A stretch of 64,000 nucleotides of DNA from a virus. The stretch lies in IMG/VR virus record IMGVR_UViG_3300045450_000145, positions 32,001-96,000 of that record, one strand, 5' to 3'. The notes beneath the pieces are model-generated. The model made no database searches. It worked only from the letters and a program-made list of their open reading frames with translations, and had not been told where the DNA came from. Of this stretch, positions 28,266 through 36,420 are shown in pieces. Within the stretch, counting starts at the first letter, position 1, and every line of letters starts with the position of its first letter. The position numbers and the translations under genes were made by a program.

Positions 28266-29525
28266 ATGAATATTTTAGTTGTGGGAGCGGGCTTCTCCGG
28301 TGCAGTTGTGGCCCGTGAACTTGCAGAGGCAGGGCACAAAGTTACAGTAATTGATAAACGTGATCACATTGCAGGCAATGCATTTGATTACGTAAATGAA
28401 CACGGCATTCGAGTTCACAAATATGGGCCCCACCTGTGGCACACAAACAGCGAAGAGGCGCATGCTTGGTTTAGCAAGTTCACAGACTGGCTTCCATACC
28501 GTCACAAGGTGCAAGCATTACTGCCTAATGGTAAGTATACTCCACTACCTATCAATAACCAAACTATTTTGGATATTTTTGGTGAGGAATTCAGTAAGTT
28601 TGTTGATTGCGGCAATCCTAATACCCAAAAATATTGGGGCTATCAGGATGAAGAGGCTGATAACTTGTATTATTACAAGCAGCTCGCATTTAATGACTTC
28701 ATGATGATAAAGAGCGTAGATCATGAAGAAGTCACTAACTCACGTGAGCATGTAGAAGTTTCAGTCGGTAGAGAGCTGTGTGAGCTATTCTTTGCGCCAT
28801 ACACAAAGAAAATGTGGGGTATGGACTTGTCAGAATTGCCAGCTTCTGTTGCTGCGCGTATTCCTACAAATCCTAGCTTCCAAAACGAGTACTTCCCAAA
28901 AGATAAGTTCCAGGGAATGCCGGCAGAAGGTTATACTAAAGCATTTGAAAAAATCTTTGATCACCCAAACATTAAGGTTTTACTTTCTACTGGTAGAGAG
29001 CAATTCTTAGGTGGTAATTTCTATGAAGATCACCGTCGATCTGCTGAAAAGTTCGATCATATCTTCACAGGCGAACCGATCGATACGTATTTTGACTGCA
29101 AGCTAGGTGAACTACCATGGCGTTCCATTAAGTGCAATGTTTACTCAGTGCCATACCCATTAGTATTGCCAGAGTCAGTAGTTAATTTTACGCATGATGG
29201 TCCATATACTCGCATTACAGAGTGGAAGCAACTACCTGGTCATGGTGAGAACCCTTATTGGACTACTTTAACTGCAGAAGAGCCATGCGATTACAAGGAT
29301 AATAGAAATGAGCGCTATTATCCAGTCAAGACCTCGCAGCGCGATGATCCACACCGCAAGTTATATCATGAATATGTAGAATTGGCAGAGAAGGAAGAGA
29401 ATGTCACCTTCATCGGCCGGTGTGGCACATATCAATATTTAGATATGTGGATTGTCATCATGCAGACCCTAAAGATCGTTGAACAATTTAAGGCCCAATT
29501 TAAGGGTCAATTGCCTGTAGTATGA
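28266..29525 (+). CDS. glf: UDP-galactopyranose mutase (flavoenzyme)
   Basis: VVGAGFSG FAD motif, HIAGNAFD, HKYGPHLWHT, FFAPYTKKMWG, QGMP..GY, RYYP, GRCGTYQYLDM. Confidence 0.95.
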   Translation: MNILVVGAGFSGAVVARELAEAGHKVTVIDKRDHIAGNAFDYVNEHGIRVHKYGPHLWHTNSEEAHAWFSKFTDWLPYRHKVQALLPNGKYTPLPINNQTILDIFGEEFSKFVDCGNPNTQKYWGYQDEEADNLYYYKQLAFNDFMMIKSVDHEEVTNSREHVEVSVGRELCELFFAPYTKKMWGMDLSELPASVAARIPTNPSFQNEYFPKDKFQGMPAEGYTKAFEKIFDHPNIKVLLSTGREQFLGGNFYEDHRRSAEKFDHIFTGEPIDTYFDCKLGELPWRSIKCNVYSVPYPLVLPESVVNFTHDGPYTRITEWKQLPGHGENPYWTTLTAEEPCDYKDNRNERYYPVKTSQRDDPHRKLYHEYVELAEKEENVTFIGRCGTYQYLDMWIVIMQTLKIVEQFKAQFKGQLPVV

Positions 29526-29552
29526 TATAATTCCTGACATAGGAGATAAACT

Positions 29553-29858
29553 ATGTCAGGAATTTTTGACGCAGACGTAAAAAGGCGAGCGTTAGTTCGC
29601 AAGTGGCACTCACAACGCTACGGCACAGATATTAACGAGTGGGAAGTCATTGAGCTCAATACCTGCAATAATCAACCATTAAAACCTGGTGATGTGCCAG
29701 ATATTGTGTTAGGGAGTCGCAATCATGATGACGATGTGTGGCTCTATATTACTGGCAACTTTGACTATAAGCAGAAGCGTTGGGTTGCTGATGAGCTCTG
29801 CGCGCAACTTAACATGATCGAAAACCTTCAAGCCGAGAAATTTAAAGATGAACTTTAA
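29553..29858 (+). CDS. hypothetical protein
   Basis: SD AGGAGA; extended -10 TGATATAAT upstream. Confidence 0.7.
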   Translation: MSGIFDADVKRRALVRKWHSQRYGTDINEWEVIELNTCNNQPLKPGDVPDIVLGSRNHDDDVWLYITGNFDYKQKRWVADELCAQLNMIENLQAEKFKDEL

Positions 29859-30474
29859 TAAACCAACCCTTATTACCTTGACTGGGCCTACTTGCTCTGG
29901 TAAGTCACACATGCTCACAAAGCTCATTCAGGAAGGATTTACCCGAATTGTTTCCACTACCACCCGTGAATGTCGATCTGGTGAGAAGGAAGGAGTAGAT
30001 TATTTCTACATCAGTGAAGGTGAATCAAATGAGATGGAATTAAATGGCGAGTTTGCAGAACTGGTTACGTTCCTAGGGGTTAGGTATGGTGTTACAAACC
30101 AAGAAATGGCTGGTAAAATGTCGCAAGACACTCCACCAGTTGTAATTCTAGAGCCATCAGGTTTAGAGATGTACAAACATTATTGTAATGCTCACGGTTA
30201 TGGCATCTACTCGATTTATGTTCATACACCAGAAGACACACGAATTACTAGAATTAAGCAGCGTGCTTACAATGACTTGACATTTGGTAAAGCGAACTTT
30301 AAAACCGTAGATGTACTTGCATCACGCATCATCTCGGCGGTGGGTGTAGAGCGCACTTGGATTAGCCAACATAAGTATGATTTAATCGTTGATGGCACAA
30401 ACGAGCAGAAGGCCTTACAAGACATCTATCTTGGGATTGAGCAGCGCAATAAGAGGCAATCAATTTACTCATAA
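29848..30474 (+). CDS. gmk: guanylate-kinase-like NMP kinase
   Basis: LTGPTCSGKS, VSTTTRECRSGEKEGVDYFYIS, YG. Confidence 0.85.
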   Translation: MNFNKPTLITLTGPTCSGKSHMLTKLIQEGFTRIVSTTTRECRSGEKEGVDYFYISEGESNEMELNGEFAELVTFLGVRYGVTNQEMAGKMSQDTPPVVILEPSGLEMYKHYCNAHGYGIYSIYVHTPEDTRITRIKQRAYNDLTFGKANFKTVDVLASRIISAVGVERTWISQHKYDLIVDGTNEQKALQDIYLGIEQRNKRQSIYS

Positions 30475-30505
30475 ATAAAACCTTTGATGACAAGGGAACG
30501 ATGAC

Positions 30506-30964
30506 ATGATTAATTCCTCCTTAGGAGAACTACAACATACCAAGCGCGTCGGCTTCACGTGCTCCTGCTTTGATCTATTCCATGCAGGCCACGTGTTAAT
30601 GCTAAGAGAGGCACGGAGCAAGTGCGACTATCTACTTGTTGGAATGCAAACTGACCCAACGATTGACAGGCCAGAAAAGAACAAGCCAGTGCAAAGCGTC
30701 TTTGAGCGCTATGTTCAGCTTGACGCATGTAAGTACGTCGATGAAGTTGTGATGTATGCAACTGAAAAAGACCTAAAAGATATTTTACTTGCATATCCAA
30801 TCGATGTTAGAATTTTAGGCGATGAGTATGAAGGTAAGCCATTTACCGGCTTTGACATCGACATGGAATTCTACTTTAATTCCCGTAAGCATAGCTTCTC
30901 AACCAGCGAACTTAGACAGCGGATCGCTGAAATTGAAAGGCAGAAATTAGAGAAGATGAAATGA
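30506..30964 (+). CDS. cytidylyltransferase (TagD/glycerol-3-phosphate cytidylyltransferase-like)
   Basis: FDLFHAGH (HxGH), LLVG.QTDP, KPVQSVFER, KYVDEV, RKHSFSTS. Confidence 0.88.
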   Translation: MINSSLGELQHTKRVGFTCSCFDLFHAGHVLMLREARSKCDYLLVGMQTDPTIDRPEKNKPVQSVFERYVQLDACKYVDEVVMYATEKDLKDILLAYPIDVRILGDEYEGKPFTGFDIDMEFYFNSRKHSFSTSELRQRIAEIERQKLEKMK

Positions 30965-31092
30965 CACCAATTGTAGCCGCATTGTTAACACCAGTTCCAG
31001 GTTTAGGGGGCATGCTAGGTAGTTATTTGCTGCCAGTTTTGATCTTGGTTGGGATTGTATGCTACTTAATTGGTAAGGGTAACAAAGGGTAA
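30961..31092 (+). CDS. small membrane protein (43 aa, below ORF-track cutoff)
   Basis: ATGA-coupled, hydrophobic, ends at a terminator. Confidence 0.55.
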   Translation: MTPIVAALLTPVPGLGGMLGSYLLPVLILVGIVCYLIGKGNKG

Positions 31093-31108
31093 TATTATTA
31101 CCCTTTTT
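31084..31108 (+). terminator. intrinsic terminator
   Basis: AAAGGGTAAT-ATT-ATTACCCTTTTT. Confidence 0.8.
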
Positions 31109-31147
31109 CTTTGTTTAATTTTATAATTTAATTTTATAGGACTTTGT

Positions 31148-31339
31148 ATGAAGCAAATTAACACGGTTAAGAATTATGAGGTGTCTTTTATCAATATGCG
31201 AGAACTGCTGGCTGAGAAGCTGGGCGTCAAGGCAAATCAAGTCAGTTTTCATATGACTGTAGAGCATGTCGGCTACGGACTGCCTGGATCAGATGATGAA
31301 GGATATGCACCAGTAATGAAAGTTAGCGTCGAAGAATAA
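31148..31339 (+). CDS. hypothetical protein
   Basis: 63 aa, SD AGGA. Confidence 0.6.
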   Translation: MKQINTVKNYEVSFINMRELLAEKLGVKANQVSFHMTVEHVGYGLPGSDDEGYAPVMKVSVEE

Positions 31340-31353
31340 GTCGAAGAATTTTC

Positions 31354-32823
31354 ATGATTAATGAACTCAACACTGGCCTTAAGGTCTTTTCTCAGCTATA
31401 TGTCGGCATTACACCCACCGCTAAGACGCTAAAAAGCCATAACCATCGGCAAGTTGAAGATGACTATGTGCCACTTGGCTTTGCGACGCCATACGAAGAC
31501 AATACTGCGGGTCGTAAGCGACAGGACACTGTCAATAATTGGCTTAAGAGTAATAGCCAGATTAATGGCAAGTACATCAATGGGCGGCATGTATTTGAAT
31601 ACATGAAGACTGAAATTAAAATCATTGACAACGAACCGCTTGAAGGGTTTAAAGTTACTGATGACGTCAAGCGAAAATACTATGGTGGCGGTAATGTGGT
31701 CTTCCGCATTGCAGACCCACGCGGATTTGAAGTAGAAATTGAAAGCCAAAATCTAATGGCTTTAATTTTATTTGCAGGAATTCAACCAGGTGGTATTATT
31801 AATGGCAAGTGCTGCTGGGGTAGGGATGCTGGCAAGAACATTCTTATTCATGAGTCCAGTCAAGAATATAAGAATGCTAGAATGGCGGCAGAAACTATTA
31901 AGCCTCTGTCTGGTCTTAAGAAGAGCAGCTTGCAACGCGGCAGTAAAGTTTTGCTGACAAATGGTAAAATTGGAACCTATCTTGGTCGCTTCTATTGCTA
32001 CTCATATAGCGCGTCTTACCATGAGTATGATAAATCACCAGTGCGTAGAATGTCTAATGTTGCATTCACAAACCCATTTAACAACACTATTACACCCACC
32101 AGGGAAACTGCATATCAGTTAAATGACCCAGTTCAATTCTACATCATGCAGATTGATGGGGATAAGGAGCTTGCGCTCTATCGTGACTTGAAAGTACATG
32201 AAACTCGCGAAACTATAAATGTTGAAATGAGCGTTGAAGAGGCACTCAAAATTATTGATTCAACACGGTTGCGACCGATTTCTTCAACCAATAGAAGTTA
32301 CAGCACTACTTGGTTCAAAGCAAGTGAAAGCAAAAATTTAAAGCTTAAGTGGGCAGAAGTTCCCCTGTCAAAAGACGAATTTAACTTTGCTACTAAAAAC
32401 AGGAGCTCATACAATAAACATATTGCCACTATTGCCAATCAGTTATCATTTTACGAGCTGAAGCATCCTATTGCGATCCTTATAAAGTTTAACGATAAGT
32501 TGCTAAAGTTTGCCGAGGATGCAGGAAATGCCTCATACTACATTGATAGTCAAGACTCAAATTGCAGAAAAAATAAAGATTTATCTTTGACATCCCTTGT
32601 AAGGCATACAGATAATCTAATAGTAGTGAACTCACCAGATCGGCTGTATAATTACGACCGCAGTTATTACATGTCTAATAGTGCGCAACTTGAGGTCGCG
32701 ATTAAGGACGCTGAGAGGATGGAACTTGTAATGTTCCGTGAAGACACTGTAGAAAGTAGCATGGAGACATTGCAGCTGCTCTTTGATGAAGGTAGGCTCG
32801 TGAAGCTCATTCCTCAGTGCTAA
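31354..32823 (+). CDS. conserved-looking phage hypothetical protein
   Basis: LGFATPYEDN...RQDTV..W and FRIADPRGFEVEI.S.NL motifs recalled from large phages; function unknown. Confidence 0.75.
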   Translation: MINELNTGLKVFSQLYVGITPTAKTLKSHNHRQVEDDYVPLGFATPYEDNTAGRKRQDTVNNWLKSNSQINGKYINGRHVFEYMKTEIKIIDNEPLEGFKVTDDVKRKYYGGGNVVFRIADPRGFEVEIESQNLMALILFAGIQPGGIINGKCCWGRDAGKNILIHESSQEYKNARMAAETIKPLSGLKKSSLQRGSKVLLTNGKIGTYLGRFYCYSYSASYHEYDKSPVRRMSNVAFTNPFNNTITPTRETAYQLNDPVQFYIMQIDGDKELALYRDLKVHETRETINVEMSVEEALKIIDSTRLRPISSTNRSYSTTWFKASESKNLKLKWAEVPLSKDEFNFATKNRSSYNKHIATIANQLSFYELKHPIAILIKFNDKLLKFAEDAGNASYYIDSQDSNCRKNKDLSLTSLVRHTDNLIVVNSPDRLYNYDRSYYMSNSAQLEVAIKDAERMELVMFREDTVESSMETLQLLFDEGRLVKLIPQC

Positions 32824-32827
32824 AAAT

Positions 32828-32851
32828 AAAAGGTCCGTAAAGGACCTTTTT
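32828..32851 (+). terminator. intrinsic terminator
   Basis: AAAAGGTCC-GTAAA-GGACCTTTTT. Confidence 0.85.
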
Positions 32852-32853
32852 AG

Positions 32854-32882
32854 TGTACAAAACTAGCAACACGCAGTATAAT
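32854..32882 (+). promoter_or_regulatory. sigma70-like promoter TGTACA-N17-TATAAT
   Basis: -35 at 32854-32859, -10 at 32877-32882. Confidence 0.75.
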
Positions 32883-33019
32883 TACCATACCAAATATTAT
32901 TTAGCAACTAATGCTTATAACTAACGAGTGAGAGTTTATCATGTAAATGTCTTATTCATCTTATTGATGTTTAGAATCGAACAAACTTTTAATCTTTAGG
33001 GAATGCATGAAAGAAAACA

Positions 33020-33511
33020 ATGGCAAACAAATTCCGGTTCTATTCCTTCGTCGCGGGTCTCTATCTCAGCCCTCTGCAATGCGGACTGCAAACAGCCCAC
33101 GCAGTCAGCGAAATGGTCAATGCGCTCTCGTCCGCCCCGGAGGTTGGCCGCGAACTTCGTGTCTTTGATGAATGGGCGCAGAAAGATAAGACCATCATTA
33201 TCTTGAATGCGCTGAATAACGAGGGTGTTTATACAGTTTACCATATGTTGAAGCCTTTTGCCATTGAAATGGGTCTGCCTTTAACTATCTTCCATGAGGA
33301 TGAACAGAGCATGAATAACATGGCAACTGCGACTGGAATTATCGTGCCGGAGAAATTTTACAACGTGAAATATACTCCTCGTAGGTTCTTTATTTTGGGT
33401 GAGCAATATACGTATGTAAATCCTGATGATCCAACAGACATTCAAGAATATCTTCAAGATAGCCCTGAATTTAAGTTCATTAAAATCTTGAAAGGCTACA
33501 AGCTAGTATGA
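33020..33511 (+). CDS. peptidyl-tRNA hydrolase type 2 (Pth2)-like protein
   Basis: GLQTAHAV, W....KTIIILN, FHEDEQSMNN.ATATGI follow the Pth2 pattern (AQ..HA / K.VV / D...T..G.). Confidence 0.65.
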   Translation: MANKFRFYSFVAGLYLSPLQCGLQTAHAVSEMVNALSSAPEVGRELRVFDEWAQKDKTIIILNALNNEGVYTVYHMLKPFAIEMGLPLTIFHEDEQSMNNMATATGIIVPEKFYNVKYTPRRFFILGEQYTYVNPDDPTDIQEYLQDSPEFKFIKILKGYKLV

Positions 33512-33684
33512 CACACATCCTAATTGCTTTGTTTATTGCTAATAGCGGCGGTGGGTGGTCTGGTGGAGCCTCTTCTTTCAGCCAAGAATTTACAAGCAAA
33601 GAAAGGTGTGAAGCTGCTAGGGAGAACCTGAGAGAAGGTGCTAACAAGATTAATATCCTTTACCTTAAGTGCGAACCTAAGTAA
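33508..33684 (+). CDS. small exported/membrane protein (58 aa)
   Basis: Hydrophobic N-terminus then QEFTSKERCEAA...C.PK; ATGA-coupled to the Pth2 gene. Confidence 0.6.
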   Translation: MTHILIALFIANSGGGWSGGASSFSQEFTSKERCEAARENLREGANKINILYLKCEPK

Positions 33685-33758
33685 TTAAATATAGAGTCCA
33701 TCGTGGCTCTATATTTTTGTTTATTATGAGTGGATAAAAATATAGAACTAGGAAATAT

Positions 33759-33935
33759 ATGAAACCTACTAAAAAGCCGATGTCCTTTGTAAAGAAGGTA
33801 TGGCTGTCTTTGCTTCTCTTTATACTATCCATATTACTGACAGTAATATTTTTAGTTATAGTTATTCAACATAAGGTTGATACACATGTAACTCCTCCGA
33901 TCATCGACTACGAAATTGCTTTTATGCCACGATAG
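33759..33935 (+). CDS. small single-pass membrane protein (58 aa)
   Basis: SD AGGA, basic N-terminus, one long hydrophobic helix. Confidence 0.55.
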   Translation: MKPTKKPMSFVKKVWLSLLLFILSILLTVIFLVIVIQHKVDTHVTPPIIDYEIAFMPR

Positions 33936-33993
33936 TATAAATACAATTGAGATGGATCACGCCATCTTATATTTCGATGACTTGAAAGGAAAG

Positions 33994-34296
33994 ATGATGA
34001 GAAAACTATTTCTAATTGGCGCATTAGCAGCTTCAGTTCTAGCAACTGGCTGTGCAGGCCTAGATTCCCGTGACCAGCGTATTCTATCTGGCGCAGCTAT
34101 TGGCGGCGTTGCAGGTAATGCACTTGGCGGTGGTGTAATCGGTACCGTTGGTGGTGCTGCTGTTGGTGGCTTAATCGGCAATGAAGTTGACCGTAATTCC
34201 CGCGACCGCGATGCGCGTCGCTACTACGATCGCAATGATCGCCGTTATTATAATGATCGCTACTACCAAGATAGACGCTACGACCGCCGCTACTAA
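33994..34296 (+). CDS. glycine-zipper lipoprotein (OsmB-like) with Arg/Tyr/Asp-rich tail
   Basis: SD AAGGA; signal peptide with lipobox LATGC; GAAIGGVAG...GGAAVGGLIG zipper; tail DRDARRYYDRNDRRYYNDRYYQDRRYDRRY. Confidence 0.8.
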   Translation: MMRKLFLIGALAASVLATGCAGLDSRDQRILSGAAIGGVAGNALGGGVIGTVGGAAVGGLIGNEVDRNSRDRDARRYYDRNDRRYYNDRYYQDRRYDRRY

Positions 34297-34300
34297 AATA

Positions 34301-34323
34301 AAAGGGACCTAGTGTCCCTTTTT
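34301..34323. terminator. bidirectional intrinsic terminator
   Basis: AAAGGGAC-CTAGT-GTCCCTTTTT between convergent genes. Confidence 0.8.
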
Positions 34324-34979
34324 CAATCATTGTGCTTAGATAGCTTAGATGGCAAATCTAAGATGCGAAGCACTTGGTCACAGAAGGCGGTGCCTAACTT
34401 TAAGCCGTAGTATTTTTCGCCAGTGATTAATATGTCCATGTAATCATTTTCAAGAATTTCGCTTAGGCCGGCAGCGTCATTGAACTGATGCGGCTTTAGC
34501 CCACTTATAATTTTCTTAGCCTCACTATATGACTTCTGGTATAGTCTTTCAATGTCGTAGAATGCATAATCACTTTTGCGCGCCTTGAAGACTGTGCCAG
34601 ACCAACCATTTGGCACGAAAATTATGTACACATTACCCCAATCTTTTGCAGTCTCCATGTCTGCAGAGCAGAATATGCTGTTTGTTCTACGGGCTTTTAT
34701 GTCTAAGTCCTTCATTGCTACTTCTGCCTTTTCATGTGATCCATAATTTAACTCGACTGGCTTTCTATCCTGCCTAATTGGCTTTTCTAAAAAGTCTGTT
34801 GTTGAGCCTGTGCTACCACGATATAAAACTTTAGATTGTTGTTCATAAGCATTTAGCATGATGCTGCATTCTGTCGCAATCATTTCTGCTACTTCACTTG
34901 CATGCTTTTCATCTACTAATGGATTATTTTCAGCCTTATCTTTAGGGTGACGTGTCTTAACTACTTCCTGTAATTTCAT
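34323..34979 (-). CDS. putative ADP-ribosyltransferase-fold protein
   Basis: Start reassigned to MKLQEVV at 34979 (SD AGGA); KVLYRGS, NSIFCS, WGNVYIIF resemble ART strands; no clear catalytic Glu identified. Confidence 0.45.
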   Translation of the reverse strand: MKLQEVVKTRHPKDKAENNPLVDEKHASEVAEMIATECSIMLNAYEQQSKVLYRGSTGSTTDFLEKPIRQDRKPVELNYGSHEKAEVAMKDLDIKARRTNSIFCSADMETAKDWGNVYIIFVPNGWSGTVFKARKSDYAFYDIERLYQKSYSEAKKIISGLKPHQFNDAAGLSEILENDYMDILITGEKYYGLKLGTAFCDQVLRILDLPSKLSKHND

Positions 34980-35004
34980 TTTTATTCCTAATTTTAAAGT
35001 ATTG

Positions 35005-35036
35005 CTATTTACATCCTGCATTGTCCTTGTTATAAT
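35005..35036. promoter_or_regulatory. overlapping divergent promoters: late-type ATGTAAATAG (-) and TTTACA-N17-TATAAT (+)
   Basis: CTATTTACAT at 35005-35014; TTTACA 35008-35013; TATAAT 35031-35036. Confidence 0.65.
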
Positions 35037-35065
35037 TCATCTATCAAATCAAACTAAGGTCAAAC

Positions 35066-35620
35066 ATGCTCAATCTTACCTTTGCAGAACTTCAAGCCAA
35101 GTACAACAAGCTGCAGCGCTTCCGCGTTAAGTCGAAGGACGTGAAGGCTGGCATGTATGTTCGCTTTGGCCAAAATCACCTGGGAGCTCTTCACTTTCAA
35201 GAATTGACCCTTATTGGCAAGACTTTTATTAACAAATCTAAGTACGTGAAGACGCGAGTCATCAAGCAAGTATTTCAAGGTTTCCGCGGTGATTCTATCA
35301 TTAACGAATATTATGTTAGCGATCTGTGCAATCATGCAGATTGCTACCGCTTTAATTTCAAAACTCAGCAATTCATGAATGAGCTTTATGAGCTCAACAA
35401 GGAAAAGGCTTACTGGGTATATTGTCTGCTTAACAATGAAATCCCCTCTGAAGAAGCCGAAGCAGAATATAACCTGAATGTGGAAGCTGATAACCGGTTT
35501 GAGGACATGATAGATGACCATTATCGTGATTCGCTTTACATGGATGAAGACGTTGAAGCAGCAGCTCCTGAGTCTGAGGATATCTATGCTGATGCGGGTG
35601 AGCCTGAACCGTGGCGTTAA
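35066..35620 (+). CDS. hypothetical protein with acidic C-terminus
   Basis: SD AAGGT; promoter upstream. Confidence 0.75.
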   Translation: MLNLTFAELQAKYNKLQRFRVKSKDVKAGMYVRFGQNHLGALHFQELTLIGKTFINKSKYVKTRVIKQVFQGFRGDSIINEYYVSDLCNHADCYRFNFKTQQFMNELYELNKEKAYWVYCLLNNEIPSEEAEAEYNLNVEADNRFEDMIDDHYRDSLYMDEDVEAAAPESEDIYADAGEPEPWR

Positions 35621-35632
35621 AATGCAAGCCAG

Positions 35633-35661
35633 TTTACTTTCAGCATATTAGTAGTTATAAT
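35633..35661 (+). promoter_or_regulatory. sigma70-like promoter TTTACT-N17-TATAAT
   Basis: Spacing counted as 17 nt. Confidence 0.6.
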
Positions 35662-35681
35662 TAACTTTTAGTAAATTTTCT

Positions 35682-35864
35682 ATGACCTGTGACGAGCTCA
35701 AAGCTAAGCTGACCGAAGACCTTGAAATCTACACAGTGGTAGTAATGGCAAAGTTGGACTTGGAGAAGGGCAACTTTGAAAGCGCCATTAAGCGACTTAA
35801 GGTAGATGCGGACAAGATTCGCACACACGACATGGACCTTTATAATCTAATCATGAGCTACTAA
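35682..35864 (+). CDS. hypothetical protein
   Basis: 60 aa, helical. Confidence 0.6.
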   Translation: MTCDELKAKLTEDLEIYTVVVMAKLDLEKGNFESAIKRLKVDADKIRTHDMDLYNLIMSY

Positions 35865-35865
35865 G

Positions 35866-36303
35866 ATGAATCCCATCAATGAATATGTAATTTTTACCTT
35901 AGTTGATGTTAAGCCATTTAAGACGACATATTACTATAAGGAAGGTGAATTAGTTGCAGTTGAAAAATATCCAAACAAACCTGGCTTTAAAGATGGTGTA
36001 GTAAGAGACTTGTTTGGCTACGTTAGAGAAGAAGTTTTTGATGATGTAGCATTTAAAAATGCCTTGAATGAAAAAAACGACGAGCAGATGGCTCTTTACG
36101 AGCAATTTAGGAAAGACATAATAAAGCATTTAGGCATTTCAAATTACAATAAATTTGACGAGCTGATGGATGAATTCATGGAAGTGGCGTTTGCTGCCAA
36201 TGACGTTAAATCACTCGGCTTCAATGTGAATGACACTATAAATGCTTTACAAGCAGGAGTTGCCTTTGCTGAGAAGTTAGCAAAGGCTCTAAAGTCTGTC
36301 TAA
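35866..36303 (+). CDS. hypothetical protein
   Basis: 145 aa. Confidence 0.7.
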   Translation: MNPINEYVIFTLVDVKPFKTTYYYKEGELVAVEKYPNKPGFKDGVVRDLFGYVREEVFDDVAFKNALNEKNDEQMALYEQFRKDIIKHLGISNYNKFDELMDEFMEVAFAANDVKSLGFNVNDTINALQAGVAFAEKLAKALKSV

Positions 36304-36420
36304 AAGCTCATGACTCGGCTTATCAGGTCGAGGCACGACTGTTCCTGCCAATATACATAGTAATGGAGTGTAACAATGTATAATGTTACAACTTAACATG
36401 GGCTGCGTGACGCTCCATAA

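Noticed and set aside
36303-36420. Possible structured ncRNA upstream of the topoisomerase promoter (ATGGAGTG...CGCTCCAT pairing)
   Set aside because: Pairing is short and AT-rich and matches no RNA family I recognise; kept only as the TATAAT-flanking repeat noted in findings
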